Assembly (NCBI GenBank): GCA_049287525.1
Contig: JBAQFZ010000059.1
Span: 3,045-67,044 of the forward strand
Reading direction: 5' to 3'
DNA: 64,000 nt
Source of the DNA: Halobacteriota archaeon
GTDB taxonomy: Archaea > Halobacteriota > Syntropharchaeia > Alkanophagales > Methanospirareceae
The notes beneath the pieces were generated by a model. That model made no database searches, was not told the origin of the DNA, and saw only the letters and a program-made list of their open reading frames with translations. Below, piece after piece: positions 10,942 through 21,192 of this stretch. Position numbers and translations under genes: made by a program. Within the stretch, counting starts at the first letter, position 1; each line of letters opens with the position of its first letter.

Positions 10942-12342
10942 TCATAGATAAGGTGTTAACGTGAGCTGATGGTATACACCCGTGGGGGATAGTGACGAGA
11001 TGTTATACAGGATAGTGTGTGGTTTAACGCCGTAAACGTTAATTGTCCCGGAGAGGGGTATGAACCGGAGATGAACATTTGCCATCTCTCGTATCTCATT
11101 CTTCAACTTTGTGGATGGTTTCAAAATACCTATAAAAACGTCATCGGTTGTTCTCACCCACGACACTATCCAGGAAAGCATGCCTCTTATCTCTTCCTCG
11201 GTGTAAATATCCAATCGCGATAGACCGATAACATGTAATACCGGCTTATTCAACTTCTTATACGCCTCCAGATGTTGCAATAAGTACGTTTTCCGTGACC
11301 CTGCTTCTCTTTCGGTAGCTATCTTGAATGAACTCATCTCTTCACGTTCCGCTTCTGAAATAGAGGGTATCCGCAGGTGTTTATCCAGCACCCTTTCATC
11401 CAGGTAATCTAAAAGAAGCCACTTCACCGAAGAAGAAGAATAGGCACCCTCCTCAGGCATATATATGACACTGCAATCATTCAGCATGAAATTGGAGATG
11501 GTATGGAACAATACGGGTTGGTAACTCTGACTTATACTATCATCCGCTATTTCCAGTAGTACAAAGCTGCCCTTCGGATACCCGCCAATAATCAAATCTA
11601 AATCTTTTATCCCCGTGGAATAATACGGATTGTGTGCTCCCCCGTTCTCTTCATTCCTTTTTAATACACTGTGCCTGCCACTGCCCAATTCGGTGGCGGG
11701 GGTCGCAAAAAGCGTGAACTTCCCGGCTTCCAGTGAGAAGAGGTAACTGGTACGACCAATCCGAAAACCTCTCAACTTATCTATATACATTCTTCTTATT
11801 GTTCGTTCGTCTACTTGATCCTTTTCTAATCTTATAATACTGTCAACGAGATAATCCAGCCTCTTACTACCAGAATACTCGGTGATTAAAAGTAAACGCG
11901 TTTTTGTCTTTCGTGCAATATCCAGCATAGAGTTCTCAAGCTTTTCTATGCTCTTCTGGTTTTCATTACCTATTTGAAACGATACGGCATCCCAGCTATC
12001 TATTATCAAACTTGTAACGTCCTTCTCGGCGACGAGGCTGTAAACAGACCTCAAGAAGCTTGAAGCGTCTCCGTATAGCACCTGGAATTCGGATTCGGAA
12101 AATTCCGATTGCGTAGCATCAATAATATTTTTAGGGGGTACTCGCATTTCCAAACCCGGGAACTGGGCATACAACACGGAAGGGTCTATACGCGTTGAGA
12201 TATAAACCCCTTTTGCTTCGTTCCGGCACAACCGTTCGAGAAGCGTAATCGCATAAGTGGTCTTACCAGTACCAGGAGCACCTTTTAACAGGATGGTATA
12301 ACTCTCCAGTGATTCAAGTGCATTTTCTACTTCGTACATCAT
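10942..12342 (-). CDS. KaiC/GvpD/RAD55-like RecA-superfamily ATPase (tandem, second domain degenerate)
   Basis: N-terminal Walker A (LLKGAPGTGKTTYAITLLERL) plus a second KaiC-like half (IIGGYPKGSFVLLEIADDS) that lacks a P-loop. Confidence 0.6.
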   Translation of the reverse strand: MMYEVENALESLESYTILLKGAPGTGKTTYAITLLERLCRNEAKGVYISTRIDPSVLYAQFPGLEMRVPPKNIIDATQSEFSESEFQVLYGDASSFLRSVYSLVAEKDVTSLIIDSWDAVSFQIGNENQKSIEKLENSMLDIARKTKTRLLLITEYSGSKRLDYLVDSIIRLEKDQVDERTIRRMYIDKLRGFRIGRTSYLFSLEAGKFTLFATPATELGSGRHSVLKRNEENGGAHNPYYSTGIKDLDLIIGGYPKGSFVLLEIADDSISQSYQPVLFHTISNFMLNDCSVIYMPEEGAYSSSSVKWLLLDYLDERVLDKHLRIPSISEAEREEMSSFKIATEREAGSRKTYLLQHLEAYKKLNKPVLHVIGLSRLDIYTEEEIRGMLSWIVSWVRTTDDVFIGILKPSTKLKNEIREMANVHLRFIPLSGTINVYGVKPHTILYNISSLSPTGVYHQLTLTPYL

Positions 12343-12404
12343 CTATCACCCATTAATATTTTAACGCATAAAGAAAGTTTTGATGGACACCAAACCACAG
12401 TCAA

Positions 12405-12761
12405 TTAGCCGTTCACCTCCCCCACTCGCTTCGCGTTTGCTTCTCTTGACCTTCTTTCTATTATCTCTTCTATGCTCTTACTTTCTTTTATACTCTGTAT
12501 GGAACTGATGAACGCAAAGAGAGTCTTTGCATAAGGACTGTTATCGTCCGCTTTTATCACCATTGACTTCCCTATATCTATCTCTTTTAATATACCTGCA
12601 TCCACGAGGTCTGTTATTACTTTCCTGGCAGTGACGTGGCTCACGTCGAGGGTCTTTGCAAGCCCGGTGATATTATTGAAATAACCGTTGTTGTTGTAGA
12701 ATATCCGGATTATTTTGAGATGTATATTATTCTTCCCGAATATTTTCTTTAGTATGTCCAT
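12405..12761 (-). CDS. winged-HTH transcriptional regulator
   Basis: 118 aa; ITGLAKTLDVSHVTARKVITDLVDAGILK is HTH-like. Confidence 0.45.
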   Translation of the reverse strand: MDILKKIFGKNNIHLKIIRIFYNNNGYFNNITGLAKTLDVSHVTARKVITDLVDAGILKEIDIGKSMVIKADDNSPYAKTLFAFISSIQSIKESKSIEEIIERRSREANAKRVGEVNG

Positions 12762-13047
12762 ATGATACTACCTGTTAGTGAAATCACTATATATTTCTTT
12801 TGGTTATCTAAAAAAAAATTGCGGTCATCCCGAAAAAAAAATTAAACATACACGCAAAAAAAATGCTGCCGTTTTCACTTCTGTGGTGCAATGATATGTA
12901 TCTCTAAAAACCGACGTGCTATTTTAAGCATAAATAACCCATACGTTTTATATCCGGCGCTGATAGCTTACGCTAAAACATCCTCGAACTCGATATTATC
13001 CCGCGCCCTCATCTCGCCACCTTTTTCCATTTCAAAGGAAAAACCTT

Positions 13048-14664
13048 TCACGACGTCAATATCTCCTCGAACAATTCCGCCTCCAGTTCATGCAACATTG
13101 GTATCCCCGTGACTTCCGATGCGAGTTTGCTCATTGATGCAATATCACTTTGGTCTATCAAATCCAGTTTGAACTTACGTGTACCTGCGAGCAACTGCTT
13201 TAAGCCGAGCCCCAACCTCTCGCTGAGATAAGTGTAGACACCGACCGCAGACCAGGGTATCTCCTTACCCACTTTATCACCGTATTCCGTTTTTAACTCT
13301 TCGGCAACGATAAAGAACTTTCCTGGATCGTTACCATATTTATTCGCAAAATCCCGTGGTAATCTGCCTTTTTCTGCGAGTTCACAGAAATACAGAGCTT
13401 TCATCGCTGCCGTTAATGGTGACCTCGCCATCGTTATTGATTTCACGAATGGCCCTTTGCCATTGTTGCCATCGAAATTGCTAAGCGCTATCGCCTTGAA
13501 CATCTGCGTCTCGTTGATGAACCCACCAGCCATGCTTATATCCGGCACGTATTTACCCTCTCGCTCCAGTATCCGTGCACACGTTAATACCTGCGCTTCT
13601 AAATAAACGGTAGGCGTGCTCATCTCATTCATCATCGGCACCGGACTCATTCCCGTGCCACCACCAGCGCCGTCAAACGTTATATAATCCACTTTGGCTT
13701 CCGATGCTACTTTCATCGTCCATGCCACATCTACTGGGCGATAAGCCCCGGTTTTTATCGTTACGTATTTTGCACCTATGCCACGTAGCCATTCGACATC
13801 TTCTACAAAACTGCGCTCCTCCGGGAATCCCACTCTGCTGTGCCGCTCAAATGTCTTGAACAAGCCATCATGAAACGCTTCTTGAACCGCTGGCGCTTCC
13901 GGGTCAGGCTGCACGATGTATCCTCTCTTCTTCAGTTCCAATGCCCTTTCCAGCGAAGGTACACGTATTTCACCACCTATTGCCTTTGCTCCCTGCCCCC
14001 ATTTCCTCTCCACTATATTCACGTCCAATTTTGACACTATGTATTCATCCACACCGAACCTCTGGTCTTCTACATTCGTCTGCACTGCGACCTCACCGTA
14101 TTTGCCGTCCCAGTATTCCTTGAAAAGCCTGACCCTTCGTTCCATCTCCGGCGAGTTCGTCACTTTTCCGTTCGTGAATACCGATTCTTTGTCAACGCCG
14201 CAAACATTCTCGCCGATAATAATTATTATTCCTGAGAGTGCGGCACCGATAGCAAGCGCATCCCAGTTGTTTCTGCCCACATCCGTAGACCCGAAAGCGC
14301 CACTTGCCAGTGGTGTCTTTAGCGGAATACCTCCTATCTTCGATTCTATGCTCACATTCGGAAATACTGCTACATCCGGGTCCGGTTCTATTCCTTCTGC
14401 ACCCCGTAATTTCGAGAGGATATTGAAGTCAGACCAATCGAGTCCATAATCCTTGTTCGACGCGGCAGTACTCCATCCATACTGCTCCAGTTCCGGATAT
14501 AATACCTCTCGACCCCGGAACGCACTCTTTCCTATTTCGCATAGCACTGTACACTCCTTCACGCATATCGGACACATTCCACTCAGCGTATTCACATCTC
14601 TCCTTCTCACGGACGTTCCCGTGGTAGACCTCGCATTTGCATATATATCAGGCATTTCAATCAC
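13048..14664 (-). CDS. glutamate synthase large-subunit FMN-binding domain (GltB domain 2) homologue with N-terminal Cys cluster
   Basis: Motifs GGIPLKTPLASGAFGST, FDGAGGGTGMSP and ISMAGGF match the GltB FMN domain. N-terminal Cys cluster CPICVKECTVLC. Confidence 0.75.
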   Translation of the reverse strand: MIEMPDIYANARSTTGTSVRRRDVNTLSGMCPICVKECTVLCEIGKSAFRGREVLYPELEQYGWSTAASNKDYGLDWSDFNILSKLRGAEGIEPDPDVAVFPNVSIESKIGGIPLKTPLASGAFGSTDVGRNNWDALAIGAALSGIIIIIGENVCGVDKESVFTNGKVTNSPEMERRVRLFKEYWDGKYGEVAVQTNVEDQRFGVDEYIVSKLDVNIVERKWGQGAKAIGGEIRVPSLERALELKKRGYIVQPDPEAPAVQEAFHDGLFKTFERHSRVGFPEERSFVEDVEWLRGIGAKYVTIKTGAYRPVDVAWTMKVASEAKVDYITFDGAGGGTGMSPVPMMNEMSTPTVYLEAQVLTCARILEREGKYVPDISMAGGFINETQMFKAIALSNFDGNNGKGPFVKSITMARSPLTAAMKALYFCELAEKGRLPRDFANKYGNDPGKFFIVAEELKTEYGDKVGKEIPWSAVGVYTYLSERLGLGLKQLLAGTRKFKLDLIDQSDIASMSKLASEVTGIPMLHELEAELFEEILTS

Positions 14665-15766
14665 CTCTTATGGTTTGCAATGTAAAAGCATACGGATTCG
14701 TTAAACATGCAGAACAAATCTCCATTTGGTCCTGTATCATGCCATAATTCCTCATTTTCTTATTAAAAGCAAATCTTTCTATCTTTTTTATTCCCTCACC
14801 ATCCAGCTTTTTCGTCTGTATTGACTTTTCTGAAATAGCTACGAGTTCCACTCCTACTTTTGTCCGAATTATTAATGACGTGCATCCAGCCGGCGAACCA
14901 GCCGAGCCAGCGGAAACATCCGCAAGCTGTGAGGTGAAATCTTCACATATCCTGCATGTATCCCGCACGCAGGGGTCCAGTTCTTTAGTTGGAATACCAA
15001 ACTCATTGTCCTTTGTCACCACCATGAATTTCCCCTTTGTAACATAAAACCTCTCCACCTCTTTGATGTCTATTCCACGTTCAGCGAGGAAGATAACCAG
15101 ATCACGGTGCCAGAAAGCCTCAGTGCCGAAAAGCCCGATTAAGACCTTCACCCGATCCAACTCCAAAGCAGGGTCACGCAATGCTTGAAGTCTTCTCACC
15201 GCTTCTATATTACAGCCAGTACCGACCATTGCGATATTTTCATAACCGCGGTCTATCGCCTCCCATACGCCAAGGATAGAAGGGCAGGCTGTGTATTTTG
15301 GACCTATGCCAAGCAAGACGTCTCCCGGTGTAGTGGCAACAAAAGGTTCGGCTTTCCAATCTTCTGTCCTCGTAGCGACAACCGCAGCATCTATAAATCC
15401 ACTTCTTAACGCTTCATATAGCATTGCTGTTACAGCACTGCTATCCTGCCCCACCTCTCTTATGCCCCTTTCCGTTGCTCTTGCACTTAAAATTTCCTGG
15501 TAGTACCCAAGAATCCGCCCCTCGGGTGAGGAAGTGCAGGGGCTGAAATCACATACGCCATAATCCTTCCTTGGACACTCATCCTCACATAAACGACAAG
15601 CTGCGAACGTGCGAGGACAGAAACTGAAACAGAAACCCTTTGACACTGTTCCACCACAGCCCTTATCCCACACTATCTCTTCTTCGCTATACTTCTTGAA
15701 ATCCGGTATGAACGCCGCACACGCACCACAATAGCAGCATACCGGGAAGCTTCTTACGTTTGCCAT
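14657..15766 (-). CDS. FrhB/FdhB/FpoF-family coenzyme F420-dependent oxidoreductase beta-subunit-like protein
   Basis: N-terminal Cys-rich Fe-S motifs (CCYCGACAAF, CRLCEDECP) followed by the FrhB-like AMVGTGCNIEAVRRLQ segment. Overlaps the upstream GltB-domain gene by 8 nt, consistent with one operon. Confidence 0.7.
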   Translation of the reverse strand: MANVRSFPVCCYCGACAAFIPDFKKYSEEEIVWDKGCGGTVSKGFCFSFCPRTFAACRLCEDECPRKDYGVCDFSPCTSSPEGRILGYYQEILSARATERGIREVGQDSSAVTAMLYEALRSGFIDAAVVATRTEDWKAEPFVATTPGDVLLGIGPKYTACPSILGVWEAIDRGYENIAMVGTGCNIEAVRRLQALRDPALELDRVKVLIGLFGTEAFWHRDLVIFLAERGIDIKEVERFYVTKGKFMVVTKDNEFGIPTKELDPCVRDTCRICEDFTSQLADVSAGSAGSPAGCTSLIIRTKVGVELVAISEKSIQTKKLDGEGIKKIERFAFNKKMRNYGMIQDQMEICSACLTNPYAFTLQTIRGD

Positions 15767-16128
15767 AGACTTCTTCTCCTCTTTTTCATCAGTAATGCTT
15801 TCCCGTGTTCTATATTCATAATAGTATTAAAAGACTATTTGAGAACTTTTCATAAAAATTATGATGCCCGCATCATTGCCATACGGCATACAAGTTCTGG
15901 ACTATTTTCATGCGAGTGAACACATATACGAGGCAGCGGAGGGATTGAATCTTCTAATAAAACAGTTTGCCATACTCGCTTGAAGCGGTCAGGAGCGTGG
16001 TGGTACGCGGAAAAGGCGAATCAAATGCTCGCGGTACCCCAAACCATCCAGCAAATCGTAACAATATTCGTAGTTGCCACTTGCCTAAAATACAATCGTC
16101 ATATCTTCCAGACCTGAAAAGAAATCCT

Positions 16129-17895
16129 CTATCTCTTTATAGAAGCGAACTTAAAGATACCATCCAATGATGACTCACTGCCTCTAACCAACCCCTCCCT
16201 TGTATTCACCACGTCCTTAGCTTCAAGCCAGCCACGCCGGGCAGTTGCCACACCGTATTTTATTACCGTACCCATCTGCATCGCATCATGCGAATCTGTT
16301 GATACGGCAACCAAAACACCGTAATCCTTCGCCATACGGCAATGCACATCCTTCAAATCCAGCCGATTTGGAAACGAATTTAATTCTAAGATAGTACCAG
16401 TATCCTTTGCCTTTTGCATGAGCTTCTCCATATCCACTTCATATGGCTCTCGCTTACCCAGAATACGACCCGTGGGATGCGCAATTATATCCACATTAGG
16501 GTTATCCATCGCAGTGATAATCCGTTTCGTCATCGTGTCCCGGTCCTGTGAGAATTTAGAATGAACCGCACCCACCACCACATCTAAGTCCTTCAATATC
16601 ACATCCGGGTAGTCCAAAGAGCAATCCGGCTTAATATCCACCTCAGACGCGGATAATACTCTGAATTTTATGCCCTCAACTTCAAATCGCGTGTTCACCT
16701 TATCTATCTCTACCTGCCGCTCCGCTATCTTCTCCACGGTCATGCCACCTGCAATACCAACCGCAGGCGAATGGTCTGCAACAGCGATATACTCATAACC
16801 CAGCGCAATAGCCGCATCCGCCATCTCCGCTATACTGTTCTTACCGTCACTCCATTTGGTATGCACATGCAAATCACCTTTAAGGTCGCTAACCTCAATC
16901 AGTCCGGGGATTCTACCCGCTTTTGCGGCTTCTACCTCACCACTGTCTTCTCTCAGCTCTGGTGGGATATATGCGAGACCCACGCTCTTGAACACTTCCT
17001 CCTCCTCCTTCCCGCCTATTCTCTCATCGCCGCGGAAGATGCCGTATTCATTTATCTTCAGCCCGTTCTTCACGCCTAACTCCCGTATTCGTATGTTATG
17101 ATGCTTGGAACCCGTGAAATAATGAGCAGCCGCGCCAAAGGAATCCGCGCTCACTACTCGCAAATCCACGTCCATGCCCGTTAATACAATGCTTGACTTC
17201 GTCTCGCCCTTCGCTACTATCTCTTCCACACCGTCCAGACCGGTAAACGCATCCATCACGGCCTGCGGGCTATTCGAGACTACCAATAGGTCTATATCGC
17301 CTACTGTCTCTCGCATTCTGCGTAAACTGCCTGCAATGGTTATAATATCCACTACCTTCTGCTTCTTCAATTCGTTCACTATTGATTCGGCATAAGGTAG
17401 CGCTTTGGAAAGTAGTACACGACCTTTATAGCTTCTGTATTGCGCTATCCCCTTTAATATGTTCTCTTCTACCTTTGTTCCTAACCCCGGTAGGCGTTCC
17501 AGCTTATGCGACTTTGATGCTTCTTCCAGTTCTTCTATACTGCTTATCCCAAGCTCGGCGTGCAATCTGGCTATCGTCTTCGGACCGACACGGGGAATGG
17601 CTAAGAGTTCAAGTAAGCTGGGTGGCACTTCCCGCCTGAGCTCTAAGTGTCGCTTACAATCGCCTGTTTCCACTATCTCCACTATCTTCTTCGCAATAGC
17701 ATCACCCACACCCGGTATCTTCTTCAATTCTTTGACGCCACCACGTTCCGCAATCACTTTCAAATCCTGAGTTAAAGACTCTATCGTCATCGCGGCACGC
17801 CGATAAGCCCTTATTTTGAATGTGTTCTCGCCTTTTATCTCTAATATCTCTGCAATCTCCGCGAATATCCGTGCTATGTCAAGATTTATCATCAT
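16129..17895 (-). CDS. polX: DNA polymerase X family with C-terminal PHP phosphoesterase domain
   Basis: MMINLDIARIFAEIAEILEIKGENTFKIRAYRRAA, pol-beta nucleotidyltransferase GDIDLLV, and a PHP domain (DLHVHTKWSDGK, AVADHS). The start is taken at the internal Met to avoid overlap with the helicase. Confidence 0.83.
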   Translation of the reverse strand: MMINLDIARIFAEIAEILEIKGENTFKIRAYRRAAMTIESLTQDLKVIAERGGVKELKKIPGVGDAIAKKIVEIVETGDCKRHLELRREVPPSLLELLAIPRVGPKTIARLHAELGISSIEELEEASKSHKLERLPGLGTKVEENILKGIAQYRSYKGRVLLSKALPYAESIVNELKKQKVVDIITIAGSLRRMRETVGDIDLLVVSNSPQAVMDAFTGLDGVEEIVAKGETKSSIVLTGMDVDLRVVSADSFGAAAHYFTGSKHHNIRIRELGVKNGLKINEYGIFRGDERIGGKEEEEVFKSVGLAYIPPELREDSGEVEAAKAGRIPGLIEVSDLKGDLHVHTKWSDGKNSIAEMADAAIALGYEYIAVADHSPAVGIAGGMTVEKIAERQVEIDKVNTRFEVEGIKFRVLSASEVDIKPDCSLDYPDVILKDLDVVVGAVHSKFSQDRDTMTKRIITAMDNPNVDIIAHPTGRILGKREPYEVDMEKLMQKAKDTGTILELNSFPNRLDLKDVHCRMAKDYGVLVAVSTDSHDAMQMGTVIKYGVATARRGWLEAKDVVNTREGLVRGSESSLDGIFKFASIKR

Positions 17896-17903
17896 TAAGA
17901 TAT

Positions 17904-19031
17904 CTAATTGACTCCTGTACGGGGCGCTTTCCATTCATGGATTTTGGTGTGCGCACTGGCTTCTACAAGCCAGAGGTCACGGAGCTGGTCAGTAGTAATG
18001 AAAGTGATAGCCGTGCCTTGTTTACCCACGCGAGCCGTTCTACCAATTCGATGTACGTAAGTCAGGGGTTCCTGTGGGATGTCATAGTTGAAGACATGGC
18101 TGATGTCTGGAATATCAATGCCACGCGCCACTACATCCGTACAGATGAGATACCGTATTTTGCCCTCACGCAGTTTTCCTATTGCTTTCTCGCGTGCTGT
18201 CTGGGTGAGGTCTCCATGAATTCGTTCGACCGAGAAGTTACGTCTTTTGAGGATCTCGTAGAAAGACTCGACCCATTTCTTCGTTTTGCAGAATACAAGT
18301 GCCTTTGTTGGTCGCTCCTCTTTGACGACCTGGAAGAAGGCGTCCATCTTCTTCTTTCGGTCTACTTTGACGTAGTACTGCTGGACATCACGGACTGTTA
18401 ATTCGTCTTCTTCAACGTTGGCAGAGAGGAATTCCGGATTGGACATGTACTTTCCAGCCAGCATGCGAACCTCTTTGGGCATGGTCGCCGAGAACAACAA
18501 CGTCTGTCGCTGCTTCGGCATGTTTTCTATTATCCATTCTATATCCTTGATAAAGCCCATGTCAAGCATACGGTCTGCTTCATCGAGGACAACTGTTTCT
18601 GTTTTGTTGAGCTTGAGCGTTCCCCTATCCATGTGGTCCATTACACGCCCAGGTGTGCCCACAACGACATGGACGCCTCGTTGAAGCTGGTTTATTTGTG
18701 TGTTGATAGAAGCACCGCCGTACATCAAAGCCACGCGGCTGCCCGGGCCACCTACTTTCTCGAACTCCGCGGCTACCTGGATTGCAAGTTCACGAGTCGG
18801 CGTCAATACGATTGCCTGGACGTTTTTAGCATCAACCCGTATCTTTTCTGTTATTGGTATGGCAAATGCAAGGGTCTTGCCAGTACCGGTCTTTGCCTGC
18901 CCGATTATATCCCGGCCATTGAGTGCTATGGGTATAGCCATCTCCTGGATGGGCATCATCTCCTCGAAGCCCATTGAGCGTATATTTCGCAGAATGCCGC
19001 TTCGAATGTTGAGTGTCTCAAATTTTGTCAT
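17904..19031 (-). CDS. DEAD-box ATP-dependent RNA helicase
   Basis: Q-motif FEEMMPIQ, AKTGTGKT, DEAD (VLDEADRML), SAT, HRIGRTAR. Confidence 0.9.
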   Translation of the reverse strand: MTKFETLNIRSGILRNIRSMGFEEMMPIQEMAIPIALNGRDIIGQAKTGTGKTLAFAIPITEKIRVDAKNVQAIVLTPTRELAIQVAAEFEKVGGPGSRVALMYGGASINTQINQLQRGVHVVVGTPGRVMDHMDRGTLKLNKTETVVLDEADRMLDMGFIKDIEWIIENMPKQRQTLLFSATMPKEVRMLAGKYMSNPEFLSANVEEDELTVRDVQQYYVKVDRKKKMDAFFQVVKEERPTKALVFCKTKKWVESFYEILKRRNFSVERIHGDLTQTAREKAIGKLREGKIRYLICTDVVARGIDIPDISHVFNYDIPQEPLTYVHRIGRTARVGKQGTAITFITTDQLRDLWLVEASAHTKIHEWKAPRTGVN

Positions 19032-19248
19032 TATAGATACTACATGAGTATAGAAAGATATAAAGGCAGATTAATTATTGCTTCTCCGGGCAACTCCTAC
19101 CCGGGTTGTTATGCAACAGTCCTTTTTATTTTAATAGCAGCCATCACCTTCGCTTTCGTCCATGAGCATTTATTTATATTATAAGGCATCCCGCAGTAAA
19201 CAGCGAAATAGCAGAGGGATTGGACGTTACGCCGTCCAGCATCAATAA

Positions 19249-19320
19249 GGCCGGGGCTGGGATTCGAACCCAGGTCTTGGGATCCACAGTCCCAAGGGAT
19301 ACCTCTACCACACCCCGGCA
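19249..19320 (-). tRNA. tRNA-His (anticodon GUG)
   Basis: Reverse complement GCCGGGG...TGGGA CTGTGGA TCCCA...CTGGGTTCGAATCCCAG CCCCGGC C. Anticodon loop CTGTGGA. Confidence 0.75.
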
Positions 19321-19396
19321 TTCATTTATATAATCTGCTATTTGGTTTATGGTATTAGCTTATAAAAAAATCCTGTACAAATATAGTATTTGAAAG

Positions 19397-20167
19397 ATGG
19401 TTAAGATTGGGAACGTGGAATTAGGACTCAGACCGGTGATAGCAGGCGTAATGAGGGAGTTATCCATTCAGGATGCAGTCCGGGCGAAGAGCAGCGGTGC
19501 TGATGTAATAGAACTAAGACTAGACCTTTTGAAAAGCGAAGACCGGCGCGTGGAACGGGTGAACGAGTTCTTAGGACTGCTAAAGATGCCGGTTATCATA
19601 ACGAACAGGCGGAGAGAAGAAGGTGGCTCTTTTGCAGGCACAGAAGAGGAACAGATTGCCTTGCTTAGTAGCATCCTCGAAACCAGGCAGGTAAACGCGG
19701 TGGACATCGAATTTCTCTCGCATGAAGTGATAAAGCGGCGACTGATAGAGCAGGCAAATAAGCTTCTGATACCCGTTATTCTATCTTTACACGATTTAAA
19801 AGGCATGCCAGATCATGAGAAGATATTGAAAATCATAGATGATATGTATGACGAAGGCGGGAGCATAGCAAAGATTGCCGTGACGCCGAAGACGTTAAAC
19901 GATGCTTTATTCTTGCTCACACTGACGCATGCGGTATCGAAAGCCGGGAAGTCGTTAGTGTGTATTGGCATGGGCTCTGGCCCGATAGGTAGACATCTGC
20001 GACTAATAACGCCGGTATACGGGTCGGTACTGACTTACGGGTTTATTGGAAGCGAAGAGAGCAGCGTGGCTCCGGGGCAGTTCGGTGTGAAGGAGCTGAG
20101 ATACACACTGGATATGCTTGGATTAGGAGCTGCAAGAAGAAGGAATAATGGGGCCGGTGCGATTTGA
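19397..20167 (+). CDS. aroD: 3-dehydroquinate dehydratase, type I
   Basis: Motifs PVIAGVMRE, GADVIELRLDLL, MPVIITNRRREEGG and AVDIEF match type I DHQase. The 3' end overlaps tRNA-Trp on the opposite strand by about 19 nt. Confidence 0.78.
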   Translation: MVKIGNVELGLRPVIAGVMRELSIQDAVRAKSSGADVIELRLDLLKSEDRRVERVNEFLGLLKMPVIITNRRREEGGSFAGTEEEQIALLSSILETRQVNAVDIEFLSHEVIKRRLIEQANKLLIPVILSLHDLKGMPDHEKILKIIDDMYDEGGSIAKIAVTPKTLNDALFLLTLTHAVSKAGKSLVCIGMGSGPIGRHLRLITPVYGSVLTYGFIGSEESSVAPGQFGVKELRYTLDMLGLGAARRRNNGAGAI

Positions 20168-20222
20168 ACGCACGATCGGCGAGTCTGGAGCCCGCTGCCC
20201 TCCCGAACTAGGCCACGACCCC
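20149..20222 (-). tRNA. tRNA-Trp (anticodon CCA), no intron apparent
   Basis: Reverse complement GGGGTCG-TG-GCCTAGTTCGGGAGGGC-A-GCGGG CTCCAGA CTCGC-...-GTGCGTTCAAATCGCAC-CGGCCCC-A. Confidence 0.72.
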
Positions 20223-20312
20223 GTATATCCTGTATGCAGTCTAGTTATTTATAAAAGCGGTATATAATAAAAACCAACGAAAACGAGATTACACCCGATT
20301 CTTTGAGTATCT

Positions 20313-21089
20313 TCATCTAAAGAAGTCATCCGCTCTACGAAACAGCACATCCTTTATGTCTGATTCACGTGCTTTAAAACGTAGCCCACGCACAATTGCA
20401 ACTGGTATGCCCTCCATGAATTCGCCCATCACGAGATTCGCAGCCGCACATACTTCATCCGCAACGGCTTCCTTTGTTATCCGTGCGATTTTACCGAATC
20501 TGTCCTGCTCGCCTCGCCGGTCCAGCAGTGCGGGAACGCCGGAAACGCCCAGGCATATCCCGGTAATTCCGCTTCGAAACGCCCTGCCGAAAGAATCAGA
20601 AGTTAATACCGAGACCTCTTTGCCACATCGCTCTTCTATATCAGTCCTGAATCGAGAAACACTGCCCTGGGGGTCTTCGGGTAGCAAAACCGCTCTTCCC
20701 GCCTCTACGTTTGACTCGTCAACGCCCGCATTTGCGCATACAAATCCATGCTTTGTCTCCACTATGATATTGTTCCCCGCTATTCTTACAATCTCTATTG
20801 TTTCGTTCAGTATAAGTTGAACGATTCGCGGGTCTTTTTCCGTTTCTGCCGCAATTCGCGCCGCTTCATTACCCACTTTCACTTCCGAAAGGTCTACGAC
20901 CCTACCTTCGCTCTTCGCTATTATCTTAGAAGTGAAAACGATGGCATCTCCCTCTTCCAGGCATAACCCGCTCTTTTCCAGTGCCTCAAAGAGCAGTGCA
21001 ATTAAATCGTCTCCCGCCCGTATCTCAGGAAAACCGTTGACACCTATTATTTCCAGATGGTTAGAGAATTCAAACTGATTCTCGCTCAT
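20313..21089 (-). CDS. cofE: coenzyme F420-0:L-glutamate ligase
   Basis: CofE family: IVFTSKIIAKSEGR and GFVCANAGVDESN, 258 aa. Confidence 0.82.
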   Translation of the reverse strand: MSENQFEFSNHLEIIGVNGFPEIRAGDDLIALLFEALEKSGLCLEEGDAIVFTSKIIAKSEGRVVDLSEVKVGNEAARIAAETEKDPRIVQLILNETIEIVRIAGNNIIVETKHGFVCANAGVDESNVEAGRAVLLPEDPQGSVSRFRTDIEERCGKEVSVLTSDSFGRAFRSGITGICLGVSGVPALLDRRGEQDRFGKIARITKEAVADEVCAAANLVMGEFMEGIPVAIVRGLRFKARESDIKDVLFRRADDFFR

Positions 21090-21104
21090 TCTTTATTTGT
21101 TTCT

Positions 21105-21137
<33 letters not shown>

Positions 21138-21192
21138 GACGGACTTTAAAGTAAACGTGAACATTGTTAAATATAAAGGGATGGGATAAGGA

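Noticed and set aside
19109-19321. 70-aa minus-strand ORF
   Set aside because: It is entirely explained by tRNA-His plus flanking sequence.
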